Origin: a virus
Lineage: Duplodnaviria > Caudoviricetes
Strand: one strand, 5' to 3'
IMG/VR virus record: IMGVR_UViG_3300011994_000001
Span: 1-53,011 of that record
Length of the DNA stretch: 53,011 nt
The notes beneath the pieces are model-generated. The model had not been told where the DNA came from. It did no database searches and saw only the letters and a list, made by a program, of their open reading frames with translations. This document shows positions 9,270 to 17,347 of the stretch, in pieces. Each line of letters starts with the position of its first letter. The stretch's first letter is position 1. Both the position numbers and the translations under genes were made by a program.

Positions 9270-10519
9270 GATATACTCACCGCTTTCCTCATGTCATCTT
9301 CCATAGCGTACCGAGTAGCGTCAATAGTGTGGTTGTCCTTATCTGCTAACCTATTCTTGATCTCTCCGTTGACCCCTGTAGCGTAGTCGATAGCTTCAAA
9401 CTCTTCCGCGATATGAGGAGTTCTAAGAGGATCAATAACAATCTCCGTAAGATCGTCAAGCCACTTCTCTCCGTACTCGACAGACCCTGGTCCCTTCTTA
9501 GCTCCCTTGATTCTTATCTGATAGCCCTTCATCTCAGATACGCTTTTGGGTTCTGCTCCATCTGCTACGGTCAACGACTGGGGAGCTCCGTCTATCTTTT
9601 TGATTGCTATAGACGCTTCCCTATTAGACATCTTTGTCTCATATATTTCATCCATAAAGAATATCGACCGCTTCTTTTTGTCGTAGTGCAACCTAACAAA
9701 AGCGAGAGGGTCAGCAGCATAACCCCAGTCCAGACCCTGACGGATGTTATCAAACGCTTCGTACTCTTCATCGGTTATCCTCCTAAATACTAAGTTTGCG
9801 AACGGCACTACTCCGCTACCTACAGGCTTGCCTAGATATTCGTGATCGTACTTGATCTGACTTCTCTCTCTTACTGCCTCTGCTTCCTCAATAAACGCCT
9901 TACTGCAGTATGTGTTATCGAGGTAAGTCGTGGTATGGACAAAAGTGTTCTTAGGTATTTTATGACCGTTGAACTTCTTGTTAACCCACGATGATTTTCT
10001 ACGCGGGGGGTTGTATGAGTAGTACACTTGATACTGTAACCCGTCAGGAAGTTCTGCCCGCACTATACTATTTACAAGGGTTGATATCTCTTCCTCAGTC
10101 TTGAATTCTGGAAGTTCTTCTACCCATAGTATAGCAATAGGAAACTTACTCATCTTGATAGATTTGATCTTGTCGGGCTTGTCCGCTCCCCTGAATATGA
10201 TCGAGTTACCCGTAGGCGTATATGTCAACTTCAAGGGCGACAAGTTAACCTTCCAGTACGCGCTTACGCCTAACTCATTAATAGCCCACTTAAGTTGTTC
10301 ATACACCGAGGTCTCCAACGTATTGCCGATCTTTCTAATACATAAGGCGTTTACCTCGTACTTCATCATATCCTTGATAATCTTGAGGGCTATGTGACTA
10401 CTCTTGGCCGAGTTACGACCGCCCTTACATACGATGAATAGATGCTTACGCGAATTGCTGGCTACCCAGAAGTCGTCAAAGGCAGGAAGAACTTTCTCAG
10501 ATAATTTAATCTTTTTCAT
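9266..10519 (-). CDS. terL: Terminase large subunit, PBSX/SPP1 family
   Basis: KGGRNSAKS Walker A, FRGADKPDKIKS, WVEE Walker B, SYNPP, GLDWGY..DP, DKDNHTIDATRY. Confidence 0.97.
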   Translation of the reverse strand: MKKIKLSEKVLPAFDDFWVASNSRKHLFIVCKGGRNSAKSSHIALKIIKDMMKYEVNALCIRKIGNTLETSVYEQLKWAINELGVSAYWKVNLSPLKLTYTPTGNSIIFRGADKPDKIKSIKMSKFPIAILWVEELPEFKTEEEISTLVNSIVRAELPDGLQYQVYYSYNPPRRKSSWVNKKFNGHKIPKNTFVHTTTYLDNTYCSKAFIEEAEAVRERSQIKYDHEYLGKPVGSGVVPFANLVFRRITDEEYEAFDNIRQGLDWGYAADPLAFVRLHYDKKKRSIFFMDEIYETKMSNREASIAIKKIDGAPQSLTVADGAEPKSVSEMKGYQIRIKGAKKGPGSVEYGEKWLDDLTEIVIDPLRTPHIAEEFEAIDYATGVNGEIKNRLADKDNHTIDATRYAMEDDMRKAVSIS

Positions 10520-10901
10520 TCAGATCGCCTACAGTAACGCCTGACTTGACTACAGCAAGATACTCCTCTTGAGTCATATCGTGTTTGGCTATCCAGTCAG
10601 CGTGCTCCTGTACACCGCGTTCTATCCGCTTGAGATGCCACTGAAGCTGAATTACGTTCTGCTCTGTAATCTCCAGTGAAGTCTCAATAGTTGTCCTGAT
10701 CTGCTTCTCCAGCGCGTCCATTTCCTTCATCCACGCTTCCATCTGCATGATATAGCATACTTCTTCAGGCGTCACTTTGCCTCCCGCTTCCGCAACTGCC
10801 ATACCGGCTACCCTACCGCAACCCTCGCAAGGATGGGTAACGTGACTCAAACAACCTTTATGGTCACAAGGCTCTCCATCTTTGTATTTATTCATCTTCA
10901 T
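10506..10901 (-). CDS. Hypothetical protein with N-terminal Cys/His motif
   Basis: PCDHKGCLSHVTHPCEGCGR; AGGAGG RBS. Confidence 0.6.
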   Translation of the reverse strand: MKMNKYKDGEPCDHKGCLSHVTHPCEGCGRVAGMAVAEAGGKVTPEEVCYIMQMEAWMKEMDALEKQIRTTIETSLEITEQNVIQLQWHLKRIERGVQEHADWIAKHDMTQEEYLAVVKSGVTVGDLNEKD

Positions 10902-10910
10902 TCTCCTCCT

Positions 10911-11213
10911 CTACTTGAGATAATAAACTTTACGACACTCAGGACATCGACCTATATAAGTAAACAGGTTACCAAGAGCGTACTTGGTTAGGCTAATTGT
11001 CTCATAATCAATACTCGTTGATTCCAGAAGCGAACCGTCAGCGTATATCTGTACGGGAGCTTCGTGTCGGCATTTAATACCCGCTGGATAAGTTACTGCT
11101 ATTGCTTTATTTGGGTCTGCGTCCTTATAACCATAAGCCTCAATTAAGGCTAGCTGAGTTATGCTATTCATCCCGACTTTTGAGTCTACTCGATATGTCA
11201 TCTTCAATAACAA
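10911..11213 (-). CDS. Hypothetical Zn-ribbon protein
   Basis: CRH...CPEC; true start is probably downstream of 11213. Confidence 0.5.
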   Translation of the reverse strand: MLLKMTYRVDSKVGMNSITQLALIEAYGYKDADPNKAIAVTYPAGIKCRHEAPVQIYADGSLLESTSIDYETISLTKYALGNLFTYIGRCPECRKVYYLK

Positions 11214-11643
11214 CTCCCACCGTAACTAGCGTTTGATTATCGTTAAACAGTCCGTGTATCTTAGCAAGCGAATCCATCGCGCCTTTTTGTACCGATCTTG
11301 GAACACGCTTGACTACCTCTATCTCGTCAGGTTCATCGCGACCCATCTTCCTAACTACATAGTTGTCTTCCAGAAGTTCTCCTCTAGCAGCCCGAGTAAG
11401 CAACATAATAACTTCTTCCCGCGAAGCTAATTGAGGAGTCCAGAACGCTATACGTTCAGATTCCAAAAACTCTCGCACCCTAACCTTTTTTAAGAGGTTG
11501 GAACCTAACACTCCAGCACTTTCTCTGTTAGTCGTATCAAAAGCCTTCATATATGCTTTAGTAGCGTTTGGGCTGTTGATATAATACCTAACAAAATTTT
11601 TCTCTCTCGTTGTTATACCGTTGTTTTTTCTCTTTGCTACCAT
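11164..11643 (-). CDS. terS: Terminase small subunit
   Basis: REKNFVRYY..NATKAY.KA...A...GS.LLKK..V; ASREEV..LLT..ARG. Confidence 0.9.
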   Translation of the reverse strand: MVAKRKNNGITTREKNFVRYYINSPNATKAYMKAFDTTNRESAGVLGSNLLKKVRVREFLESERIAFWTPQLASREEVIMLLTRAARGELLEDNYVVRKMGRDEPDEIEVVKRVPRSVQKGAMDSLAKIHGLFNDNQTLVTVGVVIEDDISSRLKSRDE

Positions 11644-11664
11644 ACCTCCTTTTCACCTCTTTCC

Positions 11665-11694
11665 AAAACAAAGGACCAACCGAAGTTAGCCCTG
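11665..11694 (-). terminator. Intrinsic terminator-like hairpin
   Basis: Minus strand AGGGCTAAC-TTCG-GTTGGTCCT followed by TTGTTTT. Confidence 0.55.
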
Positions 11695-11769
11695 TTATTT
11701 ATTTTCTGTTATTCTCGTTGTCCCATTGACTTCCTTTTTGTACCGCAGGATCGCCGAAGTTTCTGCAGA

Positions 11770-12201
11770 TCAACTTCTGATACCGTTTATCCTCTTCCAT
11801 ATAGAATTGACCCCTTCCATCCTTAACATAGATTCTTTACCCTGGGTCCACTTAATCATTTCCCCTCTGACTTCTTCATCTTCCAGCCCCGATATTGCTT
11901 CTTGCATCATTACAACGTTTAGATACCCGAGAGATATTCCATCATCTGTTTTCGTTCCTGAGTTACCGCCATAAGTTCCTTTTTGATCTACGGCATATTC
12001 TCCATCGTCTTCTGGTTCACCAATAGAGAACGTCTCCCAGTTATCTAACCATCCTACGATCATTCCACGACTTATATAATCTTCACCCATTATCGATCTG
12101 CCTTCAAGCTCTTGATTCCTTATCACCCGATCGGTTTCTCCCGCTATCAGCTCTTCAGCTAGGTCTTGATCCCATATTAACTTTCCTACAAAACCGCTCA
12201 T
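11770..12201 (-). CDS. Hypothetical protein, first gene of the leftward arm
   Basis: ORF with GAGGAG RBS. Confidence 0.6.
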   Translation of the reverse strand: MSGFVGKLIWDQDLAEELIAGETDRVIRNQELEGRSIMGEDYISRGMIVGWLDNWETFSIGEPEDDGEYAVDQKGTYGGNSGTKTDDGISLGYLNVVMMQEAISGLEDEEVRGEMIKWTQGKESMLRMEGVNSIWKRINGIRS

Positions 12202-12302
12202 TTCTTGCCACTCTCCTCATTCTCCTCAAAATTAGAGGAGGAAAAATCACGCCCAATAAATAGAGAGGAGACTATTAAAGGGCACGACTTTCCTCAATTC
12301 AT

Positions 12303-12332
12303 ATTCTACCTCTCGCCAACCCCGTTCGTAAA
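12303..12332 (-). promoter_or_regulatory. Putative leftward (late-arm) promoter
   Basis: Minus strand TTTACG-N18-TAGAAT followed by a long leader hairpin. Confidence 0.45.
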
Positions 12333-12459
12333 GCCAGTTTTACGTTTCTTTTAAAAGACACAAAATTATTCGATACCCCAGTAACGCTATTTTACGCCCT
12401 ATATAAAGGAAGCGTTTATTTTTCACGAACTATTATGTATTATTTTACCCGTCGCTAAA

Positions 12460-12915
12460 TTAATTACCGATTTATTACCGCTTTATTTCCAGACAATCGG
12501 TAATTTGCGGTAATTTTTCTCCAGACAAGCGGTAATAAATATAGCAAGGAAATCAGAAAAAATAACCGAAATAACCGATTTCAAAGATAAAAAAACTTTC
12601 TATATAATATAATATAATTACGTTAAACGTATACGTTGATACTATTGCTATATTGCATATTATTATATTATATATATATATACTTTATACTTAAATATAG
12701 TAATAATAGTAATAAAGATTGGATTGTCTGATTCAAAAATTACCCACTTGATGGTCCAGAAATTACCGCATATTACCGATTTTTGGAAAACAAATTACCG
12801 CTTTCAGCTCTCTCAAAGCACCGAAAAACTTACCTTTATAAGTTAAGTCAGAAAATACTTTCACCTAAAAAAACTTTCACTTTTTCCATATTCCTAAAAA
12901 CTTTCACTTTTTTAT
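12460..12915. repeat. Putative replication origin: iteron-like repeats around an AT-rich core
   Basis: ATTACCG at 12463, 12474, 12762, 12772, 12794; inverted at 12498, 12508, 12530; AT-rich 12590-12720; ACTTTCAC x3; upstream of the primase-helicase. Confidence 0.65.
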
Positions 12916-12977
12916 AACAACCTTTTTAAAAACGAAAGTTTTCACCGTCTGATAATTTTAACTTCAAAAGTTATTTC

Positions 12978-13006
12978 TTTACTTACCCGCTATCTTAGTA
13001 TATACT
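12978..13006 (+). promoter_or_regulatory. sigmaA-like promoter (TTTACT family)
   Basis: TTTACT-N17-TATACT. Confidence 0.75.
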
Positions 13007-13032
13007 AGGTTATATAGTGAAAGGAGGACGTT

Positions 13033-13236
13033 ATGGAGGATTTAAAACTATACGCCCGAGGGGAGAGACACCATTCAGCTAAACTAACCAAGGATCAAGT
13101 AATTGAAATTAGGCGACGATATGCTACTAAACTAACGACTATGGTCTCTTTAGCAGAGGAGTTCAAAGTAAGTTATATATCCATATCGGCTATTATCCAC
13201 CGTAAAACTTGGAGACACCTAAAGGAGGAGAGATAA
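13033..13236 (+). CDS. Small HTH DNA-binding protein resembling the C-terminal domain of HNH endonucleases
   Basis: ARGERHHSAKLTKDQVIEIRRRY...LAEEFKVS...IS.I..RKTW.HL. Confidence 0.75.
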   Translation: MEDLKLYARGERHHSAKLTKDQVIEIRRRYATKLTTMVSLAEEFKVSYISISAIIHRKTWRHLKEER

Positions 13237-13239
13237 CAA

Positions 13240-15423
13240 TTGACGTTAGAAGAGTTTGATCAACTAATAGGACATCTAGGTCAGTATGTAAAATGCGGGT
13301 CGCCAACTACGCTCTTGGACAGAGAGTTACCGCTAAATCAGCAGAAACTGTACAAGAAACGTCTTGGGAAGCAGTTTTTCTCTCTGGAGGAATGTCAGAA
13401 GTGGCTAGCAGATTCTACGTTAGACAACGGTAAATGTATCGGTTGGTGGATACCTACAGGATATGTAGTAGCAGACGTGGATCAGAAGGGGCTGGTCTCT
13501 AACAAGATAGCCAAGGCTCTCAATATAAAGACGCTAAAGATCAAGACTTTCAAAGGCGTACACTTTGTATTCTCAACTCCAGACAAATTTGTACAAAACG
13601 CTGGCACGTTCCCATTTGGACTAACAGGAGATTTCAAGATAGGCGGGAGCGGGTATATTACTCTTCCATTTGGAGCTCACGCCCGAGAAATGAATCGTAA
13701 GTTTCTCAACAAGATTCCACCCGTCCCACTACCTCTTGAGTTTACCATATGGCCCAAGTATGATAACTCGTTAGCAGGTAAGATCGAAGGAACTCGAAAC
13801 AACGCCCTATTTGAGCAGATGTGCGAATACAAGGGTAGAGGAGCCTCAGACGATCAGATACGAGCTATGGCTCCTCTTATTAACCGTTATGTATTCGATG
13901 ATCCTTGGCCTGACGATGAAGAAGCCAACGAAATTGCCGAGAAAGTTATTCTCAAGCCTGACGTGACTATGCGACATGTAAAGAATCCATACTTATTTTA
14001 TACGCCGAAGAAAGATGCCGAGGACGTTGCTAGCGGGGTAAATCAACCTGCTATTGTACGGAGGATAATTGAAGACAACGATACTATTGTACTAGGCAAC
14101 GGTCTGGGAGGTTGCTTCAGTTATGTTAACGGTAGATTCATCGACGACAACACTTTGACCCTGGAGGAGAAGGTGGACGCCTTAATAGACAACGAGCGGT
14201 TATGTAAGGCAGGAACTGACGCGGAGGTTATCAAAAAGATACTTAGAAGTAAAGAACTCCAGAAAGATTCTTTTGAGCTAAACACGTTTAAAAAACTTAT
14301 CAACTTCAGGAACGGTATGTGGGACATAACCAAGAAAACCTTAGTTCCCCACGATCCAAAGTATCTATCAACAGTACAGATAGATCGAAACTGTCCTGAG
14401 TCTATAGACAGCATAACTAAGCAACCTTTCTCAGATTACGGTCTTAGACAGGGTCTAACCAAGACGTATATATACAAGATGCTTAATGAGAAATATCTAT
14501 TGGACGGAGCGACTATCAGGGTTATATTTGAGTTTATGGCATATTCTATGACTATTGAGAACGGTCTGAAGACGTCCGTCATATTGCTAGGTCCGAGTAA
14601 CACGGGTAAGACTACCTTGCTCAAAGTATTCTATGGCGTAGTCGGAGGAACCGAGAATTATTCGACGGTAACTATGGAGGATTTGAGCGGTCAGTTCGAT
14701 ACTAGCGCAGTAGTCAATAAGACCTTAAATGCGTCAGGAGAGAACAGCTCCAAGCCCCTAGAGGATATAACCAACTTCAAGATTATTACTGGTAATGATA
14801 CGGGCACGATAGAGCAAAAGTATCGTGCTAAGGTTAAAGCTAAGTTCTTTGCTAAGTGTATATTCTGCTATAATACATTACCTACTCAGAAAGGCGAACC
14901 GTCAGATGCGTTCTTCAACCGCCTGAGAATACTATCTTTGTTAAACGTACTATCCAAAGACTCAGTTCCTCAAAACATAATAGACAGTTTTGAGGAACCT
15001 GATGGAGAACCCATAGTTGAGATTACGCCCTACTTATTGGATATGCTTCCTTTGGAGGTTATATCAAATACAGCTCATAGCAGGAAGAGCGTACAAGAAA
15101 TGCGGAGCGACAGTAACAGCGTGTTCTCCTTCGTAAACCATATGTGTATACTAGGTAGTCAGAAAGAACATCAAATGCCTAAGCAAGAGCTAGAGCAAAG
15201 ATACTCTGCGTATTGTGCAAAGAATTACAAAGAATCGGGGCTAACCCCTAGAGAACTCAAGAAGAAACTAGCAGAATTGGGGGTATTAGCAAAGAAAGAG
15301 ACAGGAACAGGAAGAGCTGTATACAAGGGTATAAGCTTCAAAAAACCTACTGTATTCACTCCTCTTGCTACGGTAACGGATATCCATACCAAGGAGGTAT
15401 TGCTAGACTTTACAAACGCTTGA
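13240..15423 (+). CDS. Prim-Pol primase fused to D5/P4-type SF3 helicase
   Basis: VADVD and T.KG.HF.F (AEP), EG.RNNALF (PriCT-like), INFRNG (D5_N), GPSNTGKTT Walker A, FK.ITG.D...EQKY. Confidence 0.9.
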   Translation: MTLEEFDQLIGHLGQYVKCGSPTTLLDRELPLNQQKLYKKRLGKQFFSLEECQKWLADSTLDNGKCIGWWIPTGYVVADVDQKGLVSNKIAKALNIKTLKIKTFKGVHFVFSTPDKFVQNAGTFPFGLTGDFKIGGSGYITLPFGAHAREMNRKFLNKIPPVPLPLEFTIWPKYDNSLAGKIEGTRNNALFEQMCEYKGRGASDDQIRAMAPLINRYVFDDPWPDDEEANEIAEKVILKPDVTMRHVKNPYLFYTPKKDAEDVASGVNQPAIVRRIIEDNDTIVLGNGLGGCFSYVNGRFIDDNTLTLEEKVDALIDNERLCKAGTDAEVIKKILRSKELQKDSFELNTFKKLINFRNGMWDITKKTLVPHDPKYLSTVQIDRNCPESIDSITKQPFSDYGLRQGLTKTYIYKMLNEKYLLDGATIRVIFEFMAYSMTIENGLKTSVILLGPSNTGKTTLLKVFYGVVGGTENYSTVTMEDLSGQFDTSAVVNKTLNASGENSSKPLEDITNFKIITGNDTGTIEQKYRAKVKAKFFAKCIFCYNTLPTQKGEPSDAFFNRLRILSLLNVLSKDSVPQNIIDSFEEPDGEPIVEITPYLLDMLPLEVISNTAHSRKSVQEMRSDSNSVFSFVNHMCILGSQKEHQMPKQELEQRYSAYCAKNYKESGLTPRELKKKLAELGVLAKKETGTGRAVYKGISFKKPTVFTPLATVTDIHTKEVLLDFTNA

Positions 15424-15443
15424 TTATACCAACAATTTATATC

Positions 15444-15470
15444 AGACCGCTTTGGCGGTCTTTCTTTTTG
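15444..15470 (+). terminator. Intrinsic terminator
   Basis: AGACCGC-TTTG-GCGGTCT then TTCTTTTT. Confidence 0.85.
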
Positions 15471-15501
15471 TAAAATACCCAATAAATATCCAAGATATCT
15501 A

Positions 15502-15530
15502 TTTACTTATCCAAGAAAGTATTATATAAT
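15502..15530 (+). promoter_or_regulatory. sigmaA-like promoter (TTTACT family)
   Basis: TTTACT-N17-TATAAT then AAGGTTGTA. Confidence 0.8.
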
Positions 15531-15535
15531 AAGGT

Positions 15536-15663
15536 TGTAAGAGAGATTGACTTACTAAACCTTAAACTATTAAGACGCGGTCGCAAGGCTTTCCTAACCT
15601 CCTTCTTATAACGGAGAATGGCGCGGTAGCAGTAGATAAAGGGAAGTAAAAAACTCTCTTACA
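15536..15663 (+). ncRNA. Candidate structured 5' leader RNA
   Basis: TGTAAGAGAG/CTCTCTTACA closing stem; inner GGTC-GCAA-GGCT and CTCC...GGAG hairpins. Confidence 0.35.
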
Positions 15664-15680
15664 GAAAGAAGGAATGCAGG

Positions 15681-15947
15681 ATGACAGACGTACAAAGAGT
15701 AAAATTTGAGGCTATGATGGCTAAAGACCGAGCCGAAACTGCTAAACGTCAAGAGGAGTTTGTAGCTAAGAGAGACAATAACATAATCCACGAAGGTAGA
15801 TATGGCGTAGTAAGAAAAGCTCACCTCTGCTCTAACTGCGGTAACAATATAAAGAAGGGTGCTAAAGTTATAATGATAGAGAGAAGAAACAGCAACGGAG
15901 CTATATACACCGACTACTATTGCGGTTGTACCCATATAGAGTATTAG
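15681..15947 (+). CDS. Hypothetical Zn-binding protein
   Basis: RKAHLCSNCG.IKKG...YYCGC; has its own promoter and terminator. Confidence 0.7.
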   Translation: MTDVQRVKFEAMMAKDRAETAKRQEEFVAKRDNNIIHEGRYGVVRKAHLCSNCGNNIKKGAKVIMIERRNSNGAIYTDYYCGCTHIEY

Positions 15948-15968
15948 CCCGAGCGGGCTTTTCTTTTT
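15946..15968 (+). terminator. Intrinsic terminator
   Basis: AGCCC-GAGC-GGGCT then T-tract. Confidence 0.8.
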
Positions 15969-16063
15969 GCCCTTTTCTGAAAATATTTCTTCCTCTGGGT
16001 TCTAATATTGGTACTACAACGTATACTTAGATAGGATTAATTAAAAGAAAGAAGGAAAACCAA

Positions 16064-16369
16064 ATGAACTGTAACGCTAAGATCACAATCAACCAAACAG
16101 GAACCTCAATCATTATTACCGAGCTATCTCCAAGCCCCTCTTTATGTCGTAACTGCTCCCTCGTAACGGTATGCCCTCCTCTCCCGACCCGCGAAGTATT
16201 TGCGTTTACAGGGTTATCCCTGGGTATGCTTCCTGTTACCGACATAACTGATGACGTAGTTACCCTACTCAAGAGGGATGGCAAAGAGATAAAGTTCCAT
16301 ATCTCCTCAGGGTTACAGATTGACCCTAGCAAGCCACGATACGCTAACCATATCAAAGGAGGAGAGTGA
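16064..16369 (+). CDS. Hypothetical protein, first gene of the membrane/ATPase module
   Basis: AAGGA RBS; GTGA-coupled to the next gene. Confidence 0.6.
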   Translation: MNCNAKITINQTGTSIIITELSPSPSLCRNCSLVTVCPPLPTREVFAFTGLSLGMLPVTDITDDVVTLLKRDGKEIKFHISSGLQIDPSKPRYANHIKGGE

Positions 16370-16677
16370 GCGTGAAGAAGCTACTCTTGACTGCTACCCT
16401 ATCTGCTCTTGCCCTCTCGCTTGTAGTTCCTCACGTAGCTCTTGCCGATATCGGTAGTATCCCAGAAGTAGGTAACCAGTTTTACGGTAAGGTAGCTCTG
16501 ATCGGTAAAGTTATTATTCTAATCAAGGGAGGAATTGATATTAGTCAAGCAGCATTATCAAACGACTTCCCGCTCGTCAAGAAGATATTCCTGTACTCAG
16601 CTGGTACCCTACTTGCTCTTGTAACTCTACCTATCTTCCTTACTATGATCGAAGGTGTAGCAAAGGGGCTGAAATAA
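16366..16677 (+). CDS. TrbC/VirB2 pilin-like membrane protein
   Basis: Signal peptide ending VALA-D followed by two hydrophobic helices; 103 aa. Confidence 0.6.
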   Translation: MSVKKLLLTATLSALALSLVVPHVALADIGSIPEVGNQFYGKVALIGKVIILIKGGIDISQAALSNDFPLVKKIFLYSAGTLLALVTLPIFLTMIEGVAKGLK

Positions 16678-16679
16678 CC

Positions 16680-17336
16680 ATGATAGAAGAGCTAACTTAC
16701 AGGATAACTACTCACTTCGGAGAGATAGACCGTGTCCATACCCTACCTCACTCTGGTATTGACTACGCTACCCCGCTCCATACCCTAGCTCAATCACTTA
16801 GTGACGGCGTTGTAGGTAAGATAACCAACGATCCAATTCTAGGAGAGAACGTCAGGATCACGAGCGAAGGAGGAAAGGAATGGGTGTATGGACACCTATC
16901 CCAAGTAGACGTATCTTACGGTCAACACGTTAAGCTGGGAGACCGATTGGGACTAACTGGAGGTCAACCTGGCACGTGGGGAGCTGGTCACAGTACTGGC
17001 CCTCACCTCCATATCTCTCTCCTAGACAAAGGTCACATAATAGACCCTACTCCCTTTGTATCTGATCCGTCCTTCTTGGATAAAGTCAAGAACTTTATGC
17101 TAACTCCTCCGCATATACAAACCCCAGGAGAGATATTCATGAGCGGTCTATCCTCTATATCGCAATCGTTGTACGACTCCTTTGTACACGTTATTCTACC
17201 CCTGTCGCACAGTATTACCCTGGTTGGAGGGGCACTCCTGATAGTCCTATCTGTAGGAGGTTACAAACAAGGACTAAACAAACTTGGTATATTAATAGTC
17301 CTGGATATGACAATACAGACCGTATTCTCAACTTAG
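16680..17336 (+). CDS. M23 metallopeptidase with C-terminal membrane helices
   Basis: HSGID (HxxxD), YGHLS, STGPHLH (HxH); hydrophobic C-terminus. Confidence 0.9.
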   Translation: MIEELTYRITTHFGEIDRVHTLPHSGIDYATPLHTLAQSLSDGVVGKITNDPILGENVRITSEGGKEWVYGHLSQVDVSYGQHVKLGDRLGLTGGQPGTWGAGHSTGPHLHISLLDKGHIIDPTPFVSDPSFLDKVKNFMLTPPHIQTPGEIFMSGLSSISQSLYDSFVHVILPLSHSITLVGGALLIVLSVGGYKQGLNKLGILIVLDMTIQTVFST

Positions 17337-17347
17337 GAGGCAAGAAT

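Noticed and set aside
12460-12800. CRISPR array
   Set aside because: Repeats are 7-9 bp, irregularly spaced and in both orientations; there are no repeat-spacer units.
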